A program made the position numbers and the translations under genes. A stretch of 64,000 nt of DNA from Anaeramoeba ignava BMAN (taxonomy: Eukaryota; Protista; Anaeramoebae): the NCBI GenBank assembly GCA_028826165.1, contig JAPDFW010000097.1:1-64000 (forward strand), written 5' to 3'. Within the stretch, counting starts at the first letter, position 1; the number at the start of each line of letters is the position of its first letter. Positions 1 to 11,842 of the stretch are shown here, piece after piece. Below the pieces are notes generated by a model. The model was not told the DNA's origin and did not search any database. It worked only from the letters and a program-made list of their open reading frames with translations.

Positions 1-580
1 TATTTTCTTCTACCTAAATCAAAATTAAAATTTTGTATATAACTCTGTAAAAATTCTTCAAGATTAAAATACTTTTTGCCATGATTCAAATACTGTTGGA
101 ATTCCAACAATCTATAAGGATGATGATTAAAAATAGGGGAAACAAAGTTCACTTTACATCCTGGCAGAACACATATAAATAGTATCTGAATCTTTTGATT
201 CTCAATAATTGAATCAATATCATTCAAAAATTTACATTTTCCATGAGTTGCAACATAAGAATTTATTACTTCTTTTTGGAAGTCTTGATCAAGTGGGAAA
301 ATTGGACGACTTGGTTCTCCATAATAAGCTTCTTTGATCAGAAAAGGATCATCTGAATGCTTTTTGATTATTCGATAAATAAATGCCCAATCAGCTCCAT
401 TTCAATTATTTCTTTAAGTGATTTTAAATCGATTGATTTAATTTTAATCTTTGTGTATTTGGATTATTACTGGTATGTGCTTTCTTGATCATTAGCTTCG
501 ATATTTTTATCAAAAATAACTTTTGCTAAATTGAATTTCTCTTTTTGCTAGTTTTCCTGATCTCGAACACACTCCATCAT
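1..580 (-). CDS. Unidentified, frameshifted coding fragment running off the window start
   Basis: Higher-complexity minus-strand sequence gives protein-like stretches (GADWAFIYRIIKKHSDDPFLIKEAYYGEPSRPIFPLDQDFQKEVINSYVATHGKCKFLND) broken by indels; no family recognised. Confidence 0.35.
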
Positions 581-805
581 TTTGTTTTGTTCATTTCATA
601 ATAATAAAGTTGATTAATTTCTTCAGAATTTAAAATTTTTGTTGGTTGTTTTTATTTCAGAAATTATATTATTTAATTTTATATCATCAGAATTTTCTGT
701 TTTAAAATCGCATAGATTAAGATTTTGGAAATTTTAAAAATTCATTTTAATTTTTAATTTAAAAAATGAAAATCAAAAATTGAAAAATCATTTTTCTTTT
801 TAAAA

Positions 806-2057
806 ATGGAAATTAAATCAAAATCTCAAAAAAAGAAGAAAGTAAAAGAGGAAGTATTTTATGAAATTGCAAAATCAAATAAATTGCTTTTTTTAAGAAA
901 TAAACAACCACAACCAGAACCTTTTTCTTTTCTTGGGTTGTTGAAAATAAATTAGCTGGAATGGGTTTTTCCTTGTTTTCTAGAATTTATTACTTTTAAA
1001 AGATACATAAATATGGAGTTGTTTAGTTGTTTCTTGTATTGAAAGGTAAATTAATTTTAATTTTAATTTTAATATTAATTTTAATTTTGATTTAATTTTA
1101 ATTTTAATTTTAATTTTAATTTTTTCTAAATTTAATTTTAATTCCAATTTTAATTCCAATTCTAATTACTATAATTTTAATTTTAATTTTAATTTTAATT
1201 TAATTTTAATTTTAATTTTAATTTTAATTTTAATTATAATTTTAATTTAATTTTTAATTTTAATTTTAATTTTTAATTTTAAATTTTAATTTTGATTTTA
1301 AATTTTTGATTTTTAATTTTAATTTTAATTTTGATTTTAATTTTGACTCTAATTTTAATTTTAATTTTAAACAATAAATAGAATATATGTGTCCTCCACT
1401 TGATATGTTTGAAAAACAAATCTTCAATCAATATTAATTAATTGGGCAGATGAATCTACAATTTCTATTAAACAAATGATTGAACTTACAGATCAAATGG
1501 ATGAAGTAATCCAAAAATGAAGCTGTTGTTGTTCATTGTTTTGGGAGGAAAAGGAAGAACAGAACAAACAGCTTAGGCTTGTTATCTTATTGCAAAACTT
1601 GGATTTGGAGAAAGAAACAGTGAATTAGTTAAGAGAAAAAGAAATGTAAAAAAGCATTAAACAGAAAGTCAAGAAAAATTTATTATTGATTTTTATAATA
1701 AATTAAATCCTGATAAAAAACAAGAATATTTAGTTAATGAAAATCAAAATTTCCTTAAAATTAAACTTCGTCCAATTAAAAAATAAATTCCAAAATAAAT
1801 TTAATAATAAATTTAATAATAATTTAAATAATAGATTTAATAATAAATTTAATAATAATTTTAATAATAAATTTAATAATAATTTTAATAATAAATTTAA
1901 TAATAAATTTAATAATAATTTAAATAATAAATTTAATAATAAATTTAATAATAAGTTTAATAATAATTTAAATAATAAATTTAATAATAGATTTAATAAT
2001 AAATTAAAAAACTTATTTTGTTGTTTTTGTTGTTGTTTTTGTTGTTTTTGTTTTTGA
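806..2057 (+). CDS. Dual-specificity/protein tyrosine phosphatase (DUSP23/CDC14-like), frameshifted, with N-rich repeat and Cys-rich tail
   Basis: At 1520-1595 the sequence reads AVVVHCFG-(G)KGRT--TALACYLIA (HCx5R active-site loop) after indel correction. Repeat-filled intron ~1046-1381. 3' ORF 1737-2057 ends in CCFCCCFCCFCF. Confidence 0.7.
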
Positions 2058-2199
2058 CAGATTTTTTAAAAAAGAAAAAGAAAATAAAAATTTTTTTAAA
2101 TTTAAATTTCATTTTTTTCTTTTTCTTTAAATTTAAATTTACTTTTAATTTCTTTCTATTTTTTCAATTAAATTTATTTTCTTTAATTTTATTTGTTAA

Positions 2200-5100
2200 A
2201 TGAGCAAACATATTCGAGGTTTATTTTCTTATTCTATTCTAATTTTCTATTTTATTAATTTAAATTTTATTTTATTAATTTAAATTTTAGTTGTGAAAAA
2301 AACAAAATCAGTTCAAAAGAAAAAAAAACTAGTTGATGTTGATTGGAATCAAGTTGGAGAAAAATATGATCCTATGAATGTAAAACCAAAACTAAAAATA
2401 ATATAATTTATAATATTTTCTTTATTTATTTTCTTTAATTTATTCTTGTTTATTTTTTTTTAATTAAATTTTTTTTTTTTTATAAAATTTTTAAAAATAA
2501 AAATTAGTTTGAAAATAAAGAAAACTTACAAAAAAAACTAGATGAATTTTATCAAAACTTGCAATCAAACGATTGGGAAACAAGAAAACATAATATCCTT
2601 CAATTCCACAAAATTTTAAACGGAAATACAATTACGGATTTTAGCGAAACATTAATAGAAACATTAGGAAAATTCAAAAGTATATTTGCAACTTATTAAA
2701 GGAAGAATTGAAGGGAATTGTGAAGCACACATGTTTTTAATATCGCATTTCGCGCGCAAGTTTGAGGAAGACTTTGCGCCGATTGTTGAGATGAGATTTT
2801 CTTTGTCTTATTTGAAATTCTTTTTATCAACAAACCCAGTGATTTCTGAATGCGCGCAGATAGCGCAATTAAACAAGTAGTGAATAAAACAATATCAATT
2901 GAAATCACGTCAATTTTAATATAGAAATTATATCGAAAGAAGAAGACGGGCCGTTGAAGGAATTCTGCGCAGAATACAACAGAGTGATCATCAAAAACTA
3001 TTCAAAAGAGGATCTCGCCAAAGTGCAAGAAATTGAAGACTCAATTATTATCTTGGTTTCAAGTAATTCGGAAAAATTAGTGTTTTGGGAGAAGATGCTT
3101 TTGGGAATTCTCCAAGCATTTTCCACAGCGATCCAAGGAAATCTTCCTCAAATTAAAGCAGAACTTACGTTCCACAATCCTTGCTCCAAAAACACCCCTG
3201 AAATAACCCAAGAAACAAGTTTTTCACTTTGATTGAACCGCTTCAAAATCTTCGACCCAAAAACCTGATCCAAAAGAAGTCGAAGTTTGGTCAACAAACA
3301 GTCTGTTTCCGTCTGCAAACAAAACAAAACTCGGCGCCTTCAATACAAAAACCATTGAATGCGCCAACAACTACTTTGCGTCCGTTCTAAAAACTGTCAA
3401 AATCCAAAAAGAAGGTTTCGACTAAAATTTATTAACAAAAACAAATTTGGAAAATTGACTGAAAAAGAAAGAGAATCCAAAAGCAGAAATCAAAGATCCT
3501 AAAACCGACAATCCAAAAATCACTGAAAAGCGACAGTTCTTCTGGAAAAACCGTAAATACCAAGCCAGAAAAAGGACATGAAGACCTTTGATAACGCAAT
3601 TGAACTCTCGGGATTGGCCAACAAAAAGCAATGCTTTGCATCAACTGCTTGAGATTTCCAAGCAAGACGATCGTCCCGAGCTCACAAACAAAAATATTCA
3701 AAAATGTCACTGCTATTTTCAAGAATGTTTCAGAGATTCTAACTCAAAATTAAAGGTTCTGTCGCTCCAAGTTCTCAAGGAATTGATCGACAATTATACA
3801 CTTAATTTTGATCAATATTTGGTCTCCATTCTGGTCATATTGATTCCGTTAAACACAACAAAGGAAACTGAGAAGGAAAAAATAACAGAAAATATGGACA
3901 TGATCCGTTCTTGCTTTTCAAACTCGGTTTTAATTCCCGCGCTAACAAAAGCATACGAAAAAATACCCTCAAATTATAAGCCAAATGTTGTCCAGGAAAT
4001 GATTCTTAGTCTTCGTTCTAACTCAGATAACTGCTTCGAAGAGCAAAATACAACAAAGGATGTCATCCTCATGATCAAGTCCCTTCTCAAGACAAAATCA
4101 ACTAAAGCAAAACCAAAATGCAAAAAACTCCTCCAAATAATTCTTGAAAAAAACGAACCTGATTTAATGAAACAAATTAAATCTCAAAATAATCAAACTC
4201 AGAAATTGTTTTTGCCTTTGATTGAGGAAATTAAATTGGAAAAATCAAAACTCAAAACAAAATCAAATTCTCAAGTAAAATTAAAGCAAAAATTGAAATC
4301 AAAATCAAAATCAATATCAAAATCAAAACCAAAACTAAAATCAAAACCAAAATCAGTTGAAATAATTGAAAATATAAATGATAATGAAAATGAAAATGAA
4401 AATGAAAATGAAAATGAAAATGATAATGAAAATATAAATGAAAATGAAAAAGAAAAAGAAAAAGAAAAAGAAAAAGAAAACGAATTTCGTGAAATTGATT
4501 TGAAAGTGCAAAAAATTATACTTGCATTATCAAATCCTGATCAACACAAAGAATCTCTTGATCAAATCATTCAATATTCAGAATCAAATACTGAGGAGGT
4601 TTGGAGTCGAAGTTTTACAACAATTTTATTCCAATTGATGAATTCCTTCTTAGCATCAAAATCAGATCAAAATTTCCAACAAGAAATTCTAACAGTAATA
4701 ACAAAATTAGCAAAAAATCAATTAACATATTTCCAATTATGCACTGGAGATCTTCTTCGAGAGTTTTTCAGGGCTTGCAAAGGTTTGGATGAAGAGAACT
4801 TCGCAGAAAATAACAGAATTATTTTATCAATGTTTCCTGCTTTCGAACCTTCACAAATCGCATTGTTATCAAACCTTATTTATCAAGTAATGATAACCAT
4901 GTTTTATTATCAAGCATCACTTTTTTTGGCAAATTAAGCACTTTGATTTCTAAAGAACAACTTGAGGAAAAATTGAATGATGTTTATTCCACTTTAAAGG
5001 ATTATTTGGACCATTCAAGTCCGTTGGTTAGAAAAGCTGTTGTTTTCACTTTTATTGATATCTATAAAGTTTTAGGTGATAATTTTATTCGAAATCGTTT

Positions 5101-5275
5101 GGCGAAAACTTTGAAAATGGGTCAACTAAAGTTAATTGTACAATATATTCAACAAGAACAATCAAAGAAAATGAAAAAGCAAAAAGTTTTTAATAAAAAA
5201 GAAATCCCTAATTCCTCTTTTTCTTTTTCTTTTTTTTCTTTTTGTTTTCAAGAAATTAATTTTGAAGAATCTTAA
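2200..5275 (+). CDS. CLASP: CLIP-associating protein (CLASP/Stu1-like TOG/HEAT microtubule regulator), multi-exon, frameshifted
   Basis: N-terminal LQSNDWETR TOG start; middle QLNSRDWPTKSNALHQL; C-terminal LDHSSPLVRKAVVFTFIDIYKVLGD...QLKLIVQYI is typical of the CLASP CLIP-binding C-terminus. Introns at 2219-2290 and ~2379-2507. Confidence 0.8.
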
Positions 5276-5372
5276 TTTTTCCTAAATAAAAATAACTTGA
5301 AAACAAGTAAAGATAATAAAATTTATTTCTTTATTCTTTATTTCTTTATTTCTTTATTTGATTTATTTTTTA

Positions 5373-8300
5373 TTATTTTTGTTTTGATTTGGTTTTTCTT
5401 TTCTTTATATCTTCTTCATCTTGATTTTCAATTTCAAAAAGCAACTCTTTATTAATTAATCTATCAATAGAATTTTGTTTTTGAAGATATTCTTTGAGCT
5501 TTATTAAAAGCAATTCTTTGTTTTCTTGTCATAACAGCTTTAGCTAATTGAGTTTTTCTCATCATTTTGATCAAAACAGATGTTTTTGGTTGTTTATTTC
5601 GGATTTGATTTTCTAATCGAGTTTTAGATAAATTGATTTTTCATTTCCTTCAATTTCAACTTCTTGAAAGTTTGTTTTGTTCTTTTTGTTCTTCAAGTTG
5701 AGAATAAGTAATTCCTTTGAATTCATTTTCTAATTCTTGAGCGTAATTTTTCAAGTTCTTCTTGATTTTGATTTTGATTTTGATTTTGATTTTGATTTTT
5801 AAGATTTGATTTTTGGATGAATTTCTAAATGATTTTTTAATGAAATTAGTTCTTCTCTTCTTTTTGGAATATAACCGACAATATGATCTTTAACAAAGGA
5901 GATAAATGGTGAGGGAGGCTTTACTTCTGGAGCATAATCCTCAACAGGAAGTAAGATGAGCTCATTAACACTATCAAAAGCCCATTGTGGTTGGATATAA
6001 GCTCTTGAAATGAATCTTCTATCAATTCTTTTACGATCCACAATTTGATGTGTTATTTTTCATCATTTTCCCAAATTCACTTCCTTCTCCTTGCCAACCA
6101 ACTTTACCACCAAAACTTCTGATAACAAATTCAAGCGGAAGTCTTTGGAACCCTTTTGTTAATTTCAAAGAAATAAAACAAATGAATTATTTTTCCATAA
6201 CTTTCCTCTTTTTCTTTTTTTTTTTTAAAAAAAAATTACTTCTCTATTCAAATAAAAAATTTTTCCTTCAAATAAATTCCCATAAATAACTTTTTCTTTC
6301 TTTGTTTTTGTGCTTGTTTGTATTGTTTTCTTGTTGATTCATCTTCATCTTCTTCCATTTTTTGGAAAAATTTTGTTCAACTTCTTGATCTAAACCTTGA
6401 TTTTCTTTTTGATTTTTCTCTTCATTTTGTACATTTATCGCTTCATTTTTTTCGACTGAGATTAATTTTTGTTCAAGAGTTTTAATTCTTTCTCTCATTA
6501 ATTTTTGATTTTCAATTTGATTTTCATTTTCATTTTCAATTTCATTTTGATTTTGATTTTCATTTTCATTTTGATTTTGATTTTCATTTTCATTTAAAAG
6601 AATTAATGCTCCTAAAAGATCTCCATTTGAAAGTTTTTCTTGATCGAATTCAGGAGGATATCGAAGATTAATTGAATAAAATAGTTCATGATTCACAAAT
6701 TTTAAAATGGCTTCATAAAGTTCCAAAAAAGTAAGCATTACTCTAAAATCAATATTTTTAGGAGGATGTTGAGTAAATTGATGAGGAGTAATCCAAGTTA
6801 TTAATTGGCTTTTAATTTCCACTTGAAAATAGATGCCTTTGATTGATACAAAGACTTTTCTTAAAGAATGTGTTTTGATGATATAATTCAAAAATTCGCA
6901 ATAAAGTTTTTGACAGTTTTGTGTTCGATTTGCTGGAACCATTGAACTAGATGGAAGAATTGCGAATAACGAAATCAATGTTATGCAATCGTCTAAATCA
7001 CGAAGTGCGTCAATGAATGTTGGATATCTTTCCTTTACAATGTGATGCAATGTGTATGTTGGTAAATTAGATTCCATCGATTTAATTTTTTGAAATTCTT
7101 TTTTTCCAATTGCTTTTTTAATTTTCTTGTAAAAACTGTTGAATTCTCGAAATTTTTTAATGATTGGTTCGTGCGATAAAAATTTGATATCTTTAATACT
7201 ATAATAAACTTTTCCTGATCCTTTTTTCTTTGGTTGTCTTGGGAATATTCCTTTTAATATGCATAATCGACTAATAATTTTATAAATAATTTTATAAATA
7301 ATTTTATAAATAATTTTATATATAATTTTATAAATAATTTTATATTTAATTTTATATATAATTTTATATTTAATTTTATAAATAATTTTATATATAATTT
7401 TATAAATAATTTTATATTTAATTTTATATTTAATTTTATATTTAATTTTATATTTAATTTTATATTTAATTTTATAAATAATTTTATAAATAATTTTATA
7501 AATAATTTTATAAATAATTTTATAAATAATTTTATAAATAATTTTATAAATAATTTTATAAATAATTTTATATTTAATTTTATAAATAATTTTATATTTA
7601 ATTTTATAAATAATTTTATATTTAATTTTATAAATAATTTTATATTTAATTTTATATTTAATTTTATAATTAATATTATAAATAATTTTATAAATAATTT
7701 TATAAAATAATTTTATATTTAATTTTATATTTAATTTTATAAATAATTTTATAAATAATTTTATAAATAATTTTATATATAATTTTATAAATAATTTTAT
7801 AAATAATTTTATAAATAATTTTATAAATAATTTTATATTTAATTTTATATTTAATTTTATAAATAATTTTTATAAATAATTTTATAAATAATTTTATAAA
7901 TAATTTTATAAATAATTTTATAAATAATTTTATAAATAATTTTATAAATAATTTTATAAATAATTTTATATTTAATTTAATAATTAATTTTATAAATAAT
8001 TTTATAAATAATTTTATATTTAATTTTATATTTAATTTTATATTTAATTTTATAAATAATTTTATAAATAATTTTATAAATAATTTTATAAATAATTTTA
8101 TAAATAATTTTATATATAATTTAATAAATAATTTTATATTTAATTTAATAAATAATTTTATAAATAATTTTATAAATAATTTTATATTTAATTTTTATAA
8201 ATAATTTTATAAATAATTTTATAAATAATTTTATAAATAATTTTATATTTAATTTTATATTTAATTTTATAAATAATTTTATATTTAATTTTATAAATAA

Positions 8301-9040
8301 TTTTTATAATTAATTTTATAAATAATTTTATAAATAATTTTATATTTAATTTTATAATTAATTTTATAAATAATTTTATATTTAATTTTATATTTAATTT
8401 TATAAATAATTTTATAAATAATTTTATAAATAATTTTATAAATAATTTTATAAATAATTTTATATATAATTTTTATATTTAATTTTATATTTAATTTTAT
8501 ATTTAATTTTATATTTAATTTTATATTTAATTTAATATTTAATTTTATAAATAATTTTTATATATATAATTTTATATAAATAATTTAATTAATTAATTTT
8601 ATAAATAATTTTATAATTTAATTTAATAAATAATTTTATAAATAATTTTATAAATAATTTTATAATTAATTTTATATTTAATTTTATAAATAATTTTATA
8701 AATAATTTTATAAACAATTTTATAAATAATTTTATAAATAATTTTATAAATAATTTTATATTTAATTTTATAAATAATTTTATATTTAATTTTTATATTT
8801 AATTTTATTTTTAATTTTATTTTTAATTTTATAAATAATTTTATATTTAATTTTATATTTAATTTTATAAATAATTTTATTAATAAATTTATCAATAATT
8901 TTATAATTAATTTTATAATTAATTTTATTAATAATTTAATACCGAAATTCTGTTAAAGATAATTGTAATTTTCTAAGTGCTTGTCCTCTTGTAAGATATT
9001 TTGATTCAATAACTGGTTTTTTCTGTTTTCTTCTTCCCAT
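5373..9040 (-). CDS. PES1: Pescadillo/Nop7 ribosome biogenesis protein (BRCT domain)
   Basis: [19 protein letters not shown]|[15 protein letters not shown] spliced across intron 7271-8942; [24 protein letters not shown]; [12 protein letters not shown]. The 3' part is frameshifted. Confidence 0.95.
7271..8942 (-). repeat. 1672-bp GT-AG intron of PES1 made almost entirely of a ~12-bp tandem repeat (ATTTTATAAATA and variants)
   Basis: Splicing restores the conserved FRRLCILKG motif; the repeat is directly visible. Confidence 0.9.
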
Positions 9041-9331
9041 TTTTAATTTCTATTTTAAATGTAAATGTAAATGTTTTATATTCAATTTTATCTATTTTAA
9101 AAGGAAAAAGAAAAAAAAAATGAAAAAAAAAAATAAAAAAAATTTTTTTTAAATAAATAAAAAATAAAAAAATGATTCATTTTTCTAAAAGATTATTTCA
9201 ATATTTTTTTTTTAAATAAAAGAATAAAAAAAACGTTTTTTTTCTTTTTCATTTTTTTCATTTTTCCCTTTTATTCTTCTTTTCATTTTCCATTATAAAT
9301 TGAATTAAAATTAAATTTAAAATTAAATTAC

Positions 9332-11663
9332 ATGACAAGAGATATTAATGAAGATGAATTAAAAAGAGTTTTTTTCTTTTCAAAATTTGATCTTTTAAAT
9401 GCTTCAAAATCTCAACAACAAAACAATCAAAATCAAAATTTTAATCAAAAAAGACAACAAGAATTTGTAAATGAAAATTTATTTGAAGAACTTCCTGATG
9501 AAAGTAGATTAAAATTAAAATTAAAATTAAAATTAAAATTAAAATTAAAATTAAAATCAAAAATTAAAATTAAAATTAAAATTAAAATTAAAAATAAAAT
9601 TAAAATTAAAATTAAAATTAAAATTAAAATTAAAATTAAAATTAAAAATAAAATTAAAATTAAAAATAAAATTAAAATTAAAATTAAAAATAAAATTGAA
9701 ATTAAAATTAAAATTAAAATTAAAATTAAAATTAAAATTTAATATTAAAATTAAAATTAATATTAAAATTAAAATTAAAATTAAAATTAAAATTAAAATT
9801 AAAATTAAAATTAAAATTAAAATCAAAATTAAAATTAAAATTAAAATCAAAAATTAAAATTAAAATTAAAATTAAAATCAAAATTAAAATTAAAATTAAA
9901 ATTAAAATTAAAATTAAAATTAAAATTAAAATTAATATTAAAATTAAAATAAAAAAAGTTGTTCTAGAAATTTTTTCATACCTTTTACCCAAAAATTTAA
10001 TAAATTGTGCTTTTACATGCAGAAACTTTAATCGTATTCATGATGATTGGCAACTTTGGAAAAATATAATAAGGAATCATGGATCCGAATTAGATTTTCA
10101 AACAGTAACAAAGGATTATCAAAGTGGTTATTATTATTATTCTCCATATACAACAACCAACTTCAAACTATCAGGAACTTTAGGAATCCAAGAACATTTT
10201 CGAAGTATTGAAAAAGATGAAAATTATCATCCAAATTCAAATATTTCAACTTCAATTTCAAAAAGAACTATTGATAAAATTAATAAAGAACCAAAAAAAC
10301 TTGTTGTTGATCAAATGAAGAAATATATTCAAGCACAAAAAAATTATCTTCGTCAACAAAAAGCAGAAGAATTCAAAAGACAAATAAGAACAATTAAAGA
10401 CGATTATGCTATTAAATTAATTGAGAAAACTCTTGTTTTATCACTATTAGTATTACCTTCTTTATTTTTTGCTCTTAAATTTGATGTTTCATATTCTATT
10501 TTTAATTGGAAATTTTGCTTTTTTCCTTGGCTTTATTCTTCTCTTTTGTTTTTTGTTTGGAGTTCAATGGAATATTATACAAGTTATTCAAGAAATACTG
10601 AAAAATATCTTTTACAAGGAATAATTACTTGTTCAGGATTTTTAACTTTATTTTTTCTTTTTATTTCATTGAAATTGGATCAAAATTTCTCAATTTCAAA
10701 ATGGTGGATATTAAGCCCTTTTGGATTGGCTACATTTACTTTAATAATTTTATGGTCAATATTTTTATACAATGAACCAAGTAAGGAAATGAAGAAAAAT
10801 TAAATATTTATTTAAATATTTATTTTAATATTTAATTTAATATTTATTTTAATATTTATTTTAAATATTTAATTTAATATTTATTTTAATATTTATTTTA
10901 ATATTTAATTTTAATATTTAATTTAATATTTATTTTAATATTTATTTTAATATTTATTTAATATTTAATTTAAATTTTATTTTAATATTTAATTTAATAT
11001 TTAATTTAATATTTATTTTAATATTTATTTTAATATTTATTTTAATATTTATTTTTAATATTTATTTTAATATTTATTTTAATATTTATTTTAATATTTA
11101 TTTTAATATTTATTTTAATATTTATTTTAATATTTATTTTAATATTTATTTTAATATTTATTTTTAAATTTTATTTTAATATTTATTTTAAATTTTATTT
11201 TAAATTTTATTTTAATATTTATTTTAATATTTATTTTAAATTTTATTTTAATATTTTAGATATTTTCGAAAGAGACATACATATTTTCGTATTATTTGTT
11301 TTTTATGTAATGGCTGGACTTTTGCTTGTTTTTATTTCAATTATTAAAGCATTTTCAATTTATGAATCACAAGCAGAAAACCCATCATATAAAGGAGTAT
11401 TTATTCCACTTATATTTCTATCAATTTATCCGATAATTGGTACAATTTTTGTTTGTATTATTCGCCATTCTTCATATTTTTCTCGCACAGATTATTTAGT
11501 TTTTATCATTTCTTGTTCTGTTGGAATTGCTTTTGGATTGTTCTCCTTAATTTTATATCTTAGAATAAAAGGAATTTTTCATATTTATACTTCTATTGTC
11601 TCTTCTTTTGTTTTCTTTCCTTCTTTATATTTACAATACTTAATTTTAGCCAGAAAACTTTAA
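9332..11663 (+). CDS. F-box protein with a multi-pass TMEM185/FAM11-like transmembrane C-terminus
   Basis: Removing intron 9504-9958 gives LFEELPDEIVLEIFSYLLPKNLINCAFTCRNFNRIHDDWQLWKNI (F-box). Removing intron 10781-11259 keeps the frame through several hydrophobic helices with LKLD...WWILSPF-type motifs. Confidence 0.8.
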
Positions 11664-11842
11664 ATAATAAAAACGTCAAAATCTCTTCTTGTTTTTTTTT
11701 TTTGTTTTAAAATTAACTTTTTTACATTCGACTTTGAAAAGATTTGTTTTTTGTTTTGTTTTGTTTTTTGTTTGTTTGTTTTTTGATCAAAATTTTTTGT
11801 TTTCTTTGTTTTCATTTTTTATTCCAAATTTTTCTTTTTTAA

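Noticed and set aside
1-6300. Multiple frameshifts in the phosphatase, CLASP and PES1 suggesting pseudogenes, RNA editing or programmed frameshifting
   Set aside because: PES1 and CLASP are conserved housekeeping genes with intact motifs, and the indels cluster at the window start, often in homopolymers. Low-quality long-read consensus is the simpler explanation.
8623-9992. ORFs of poly-IK, IL and NF dipeptides (also 17850-18206, 29008-29373, 39947-40306, 42971-43336, 43640-44023)
   Set aside because: Stop-free translations of hexamer microsatellites in introns or in alternative frames; not genes.
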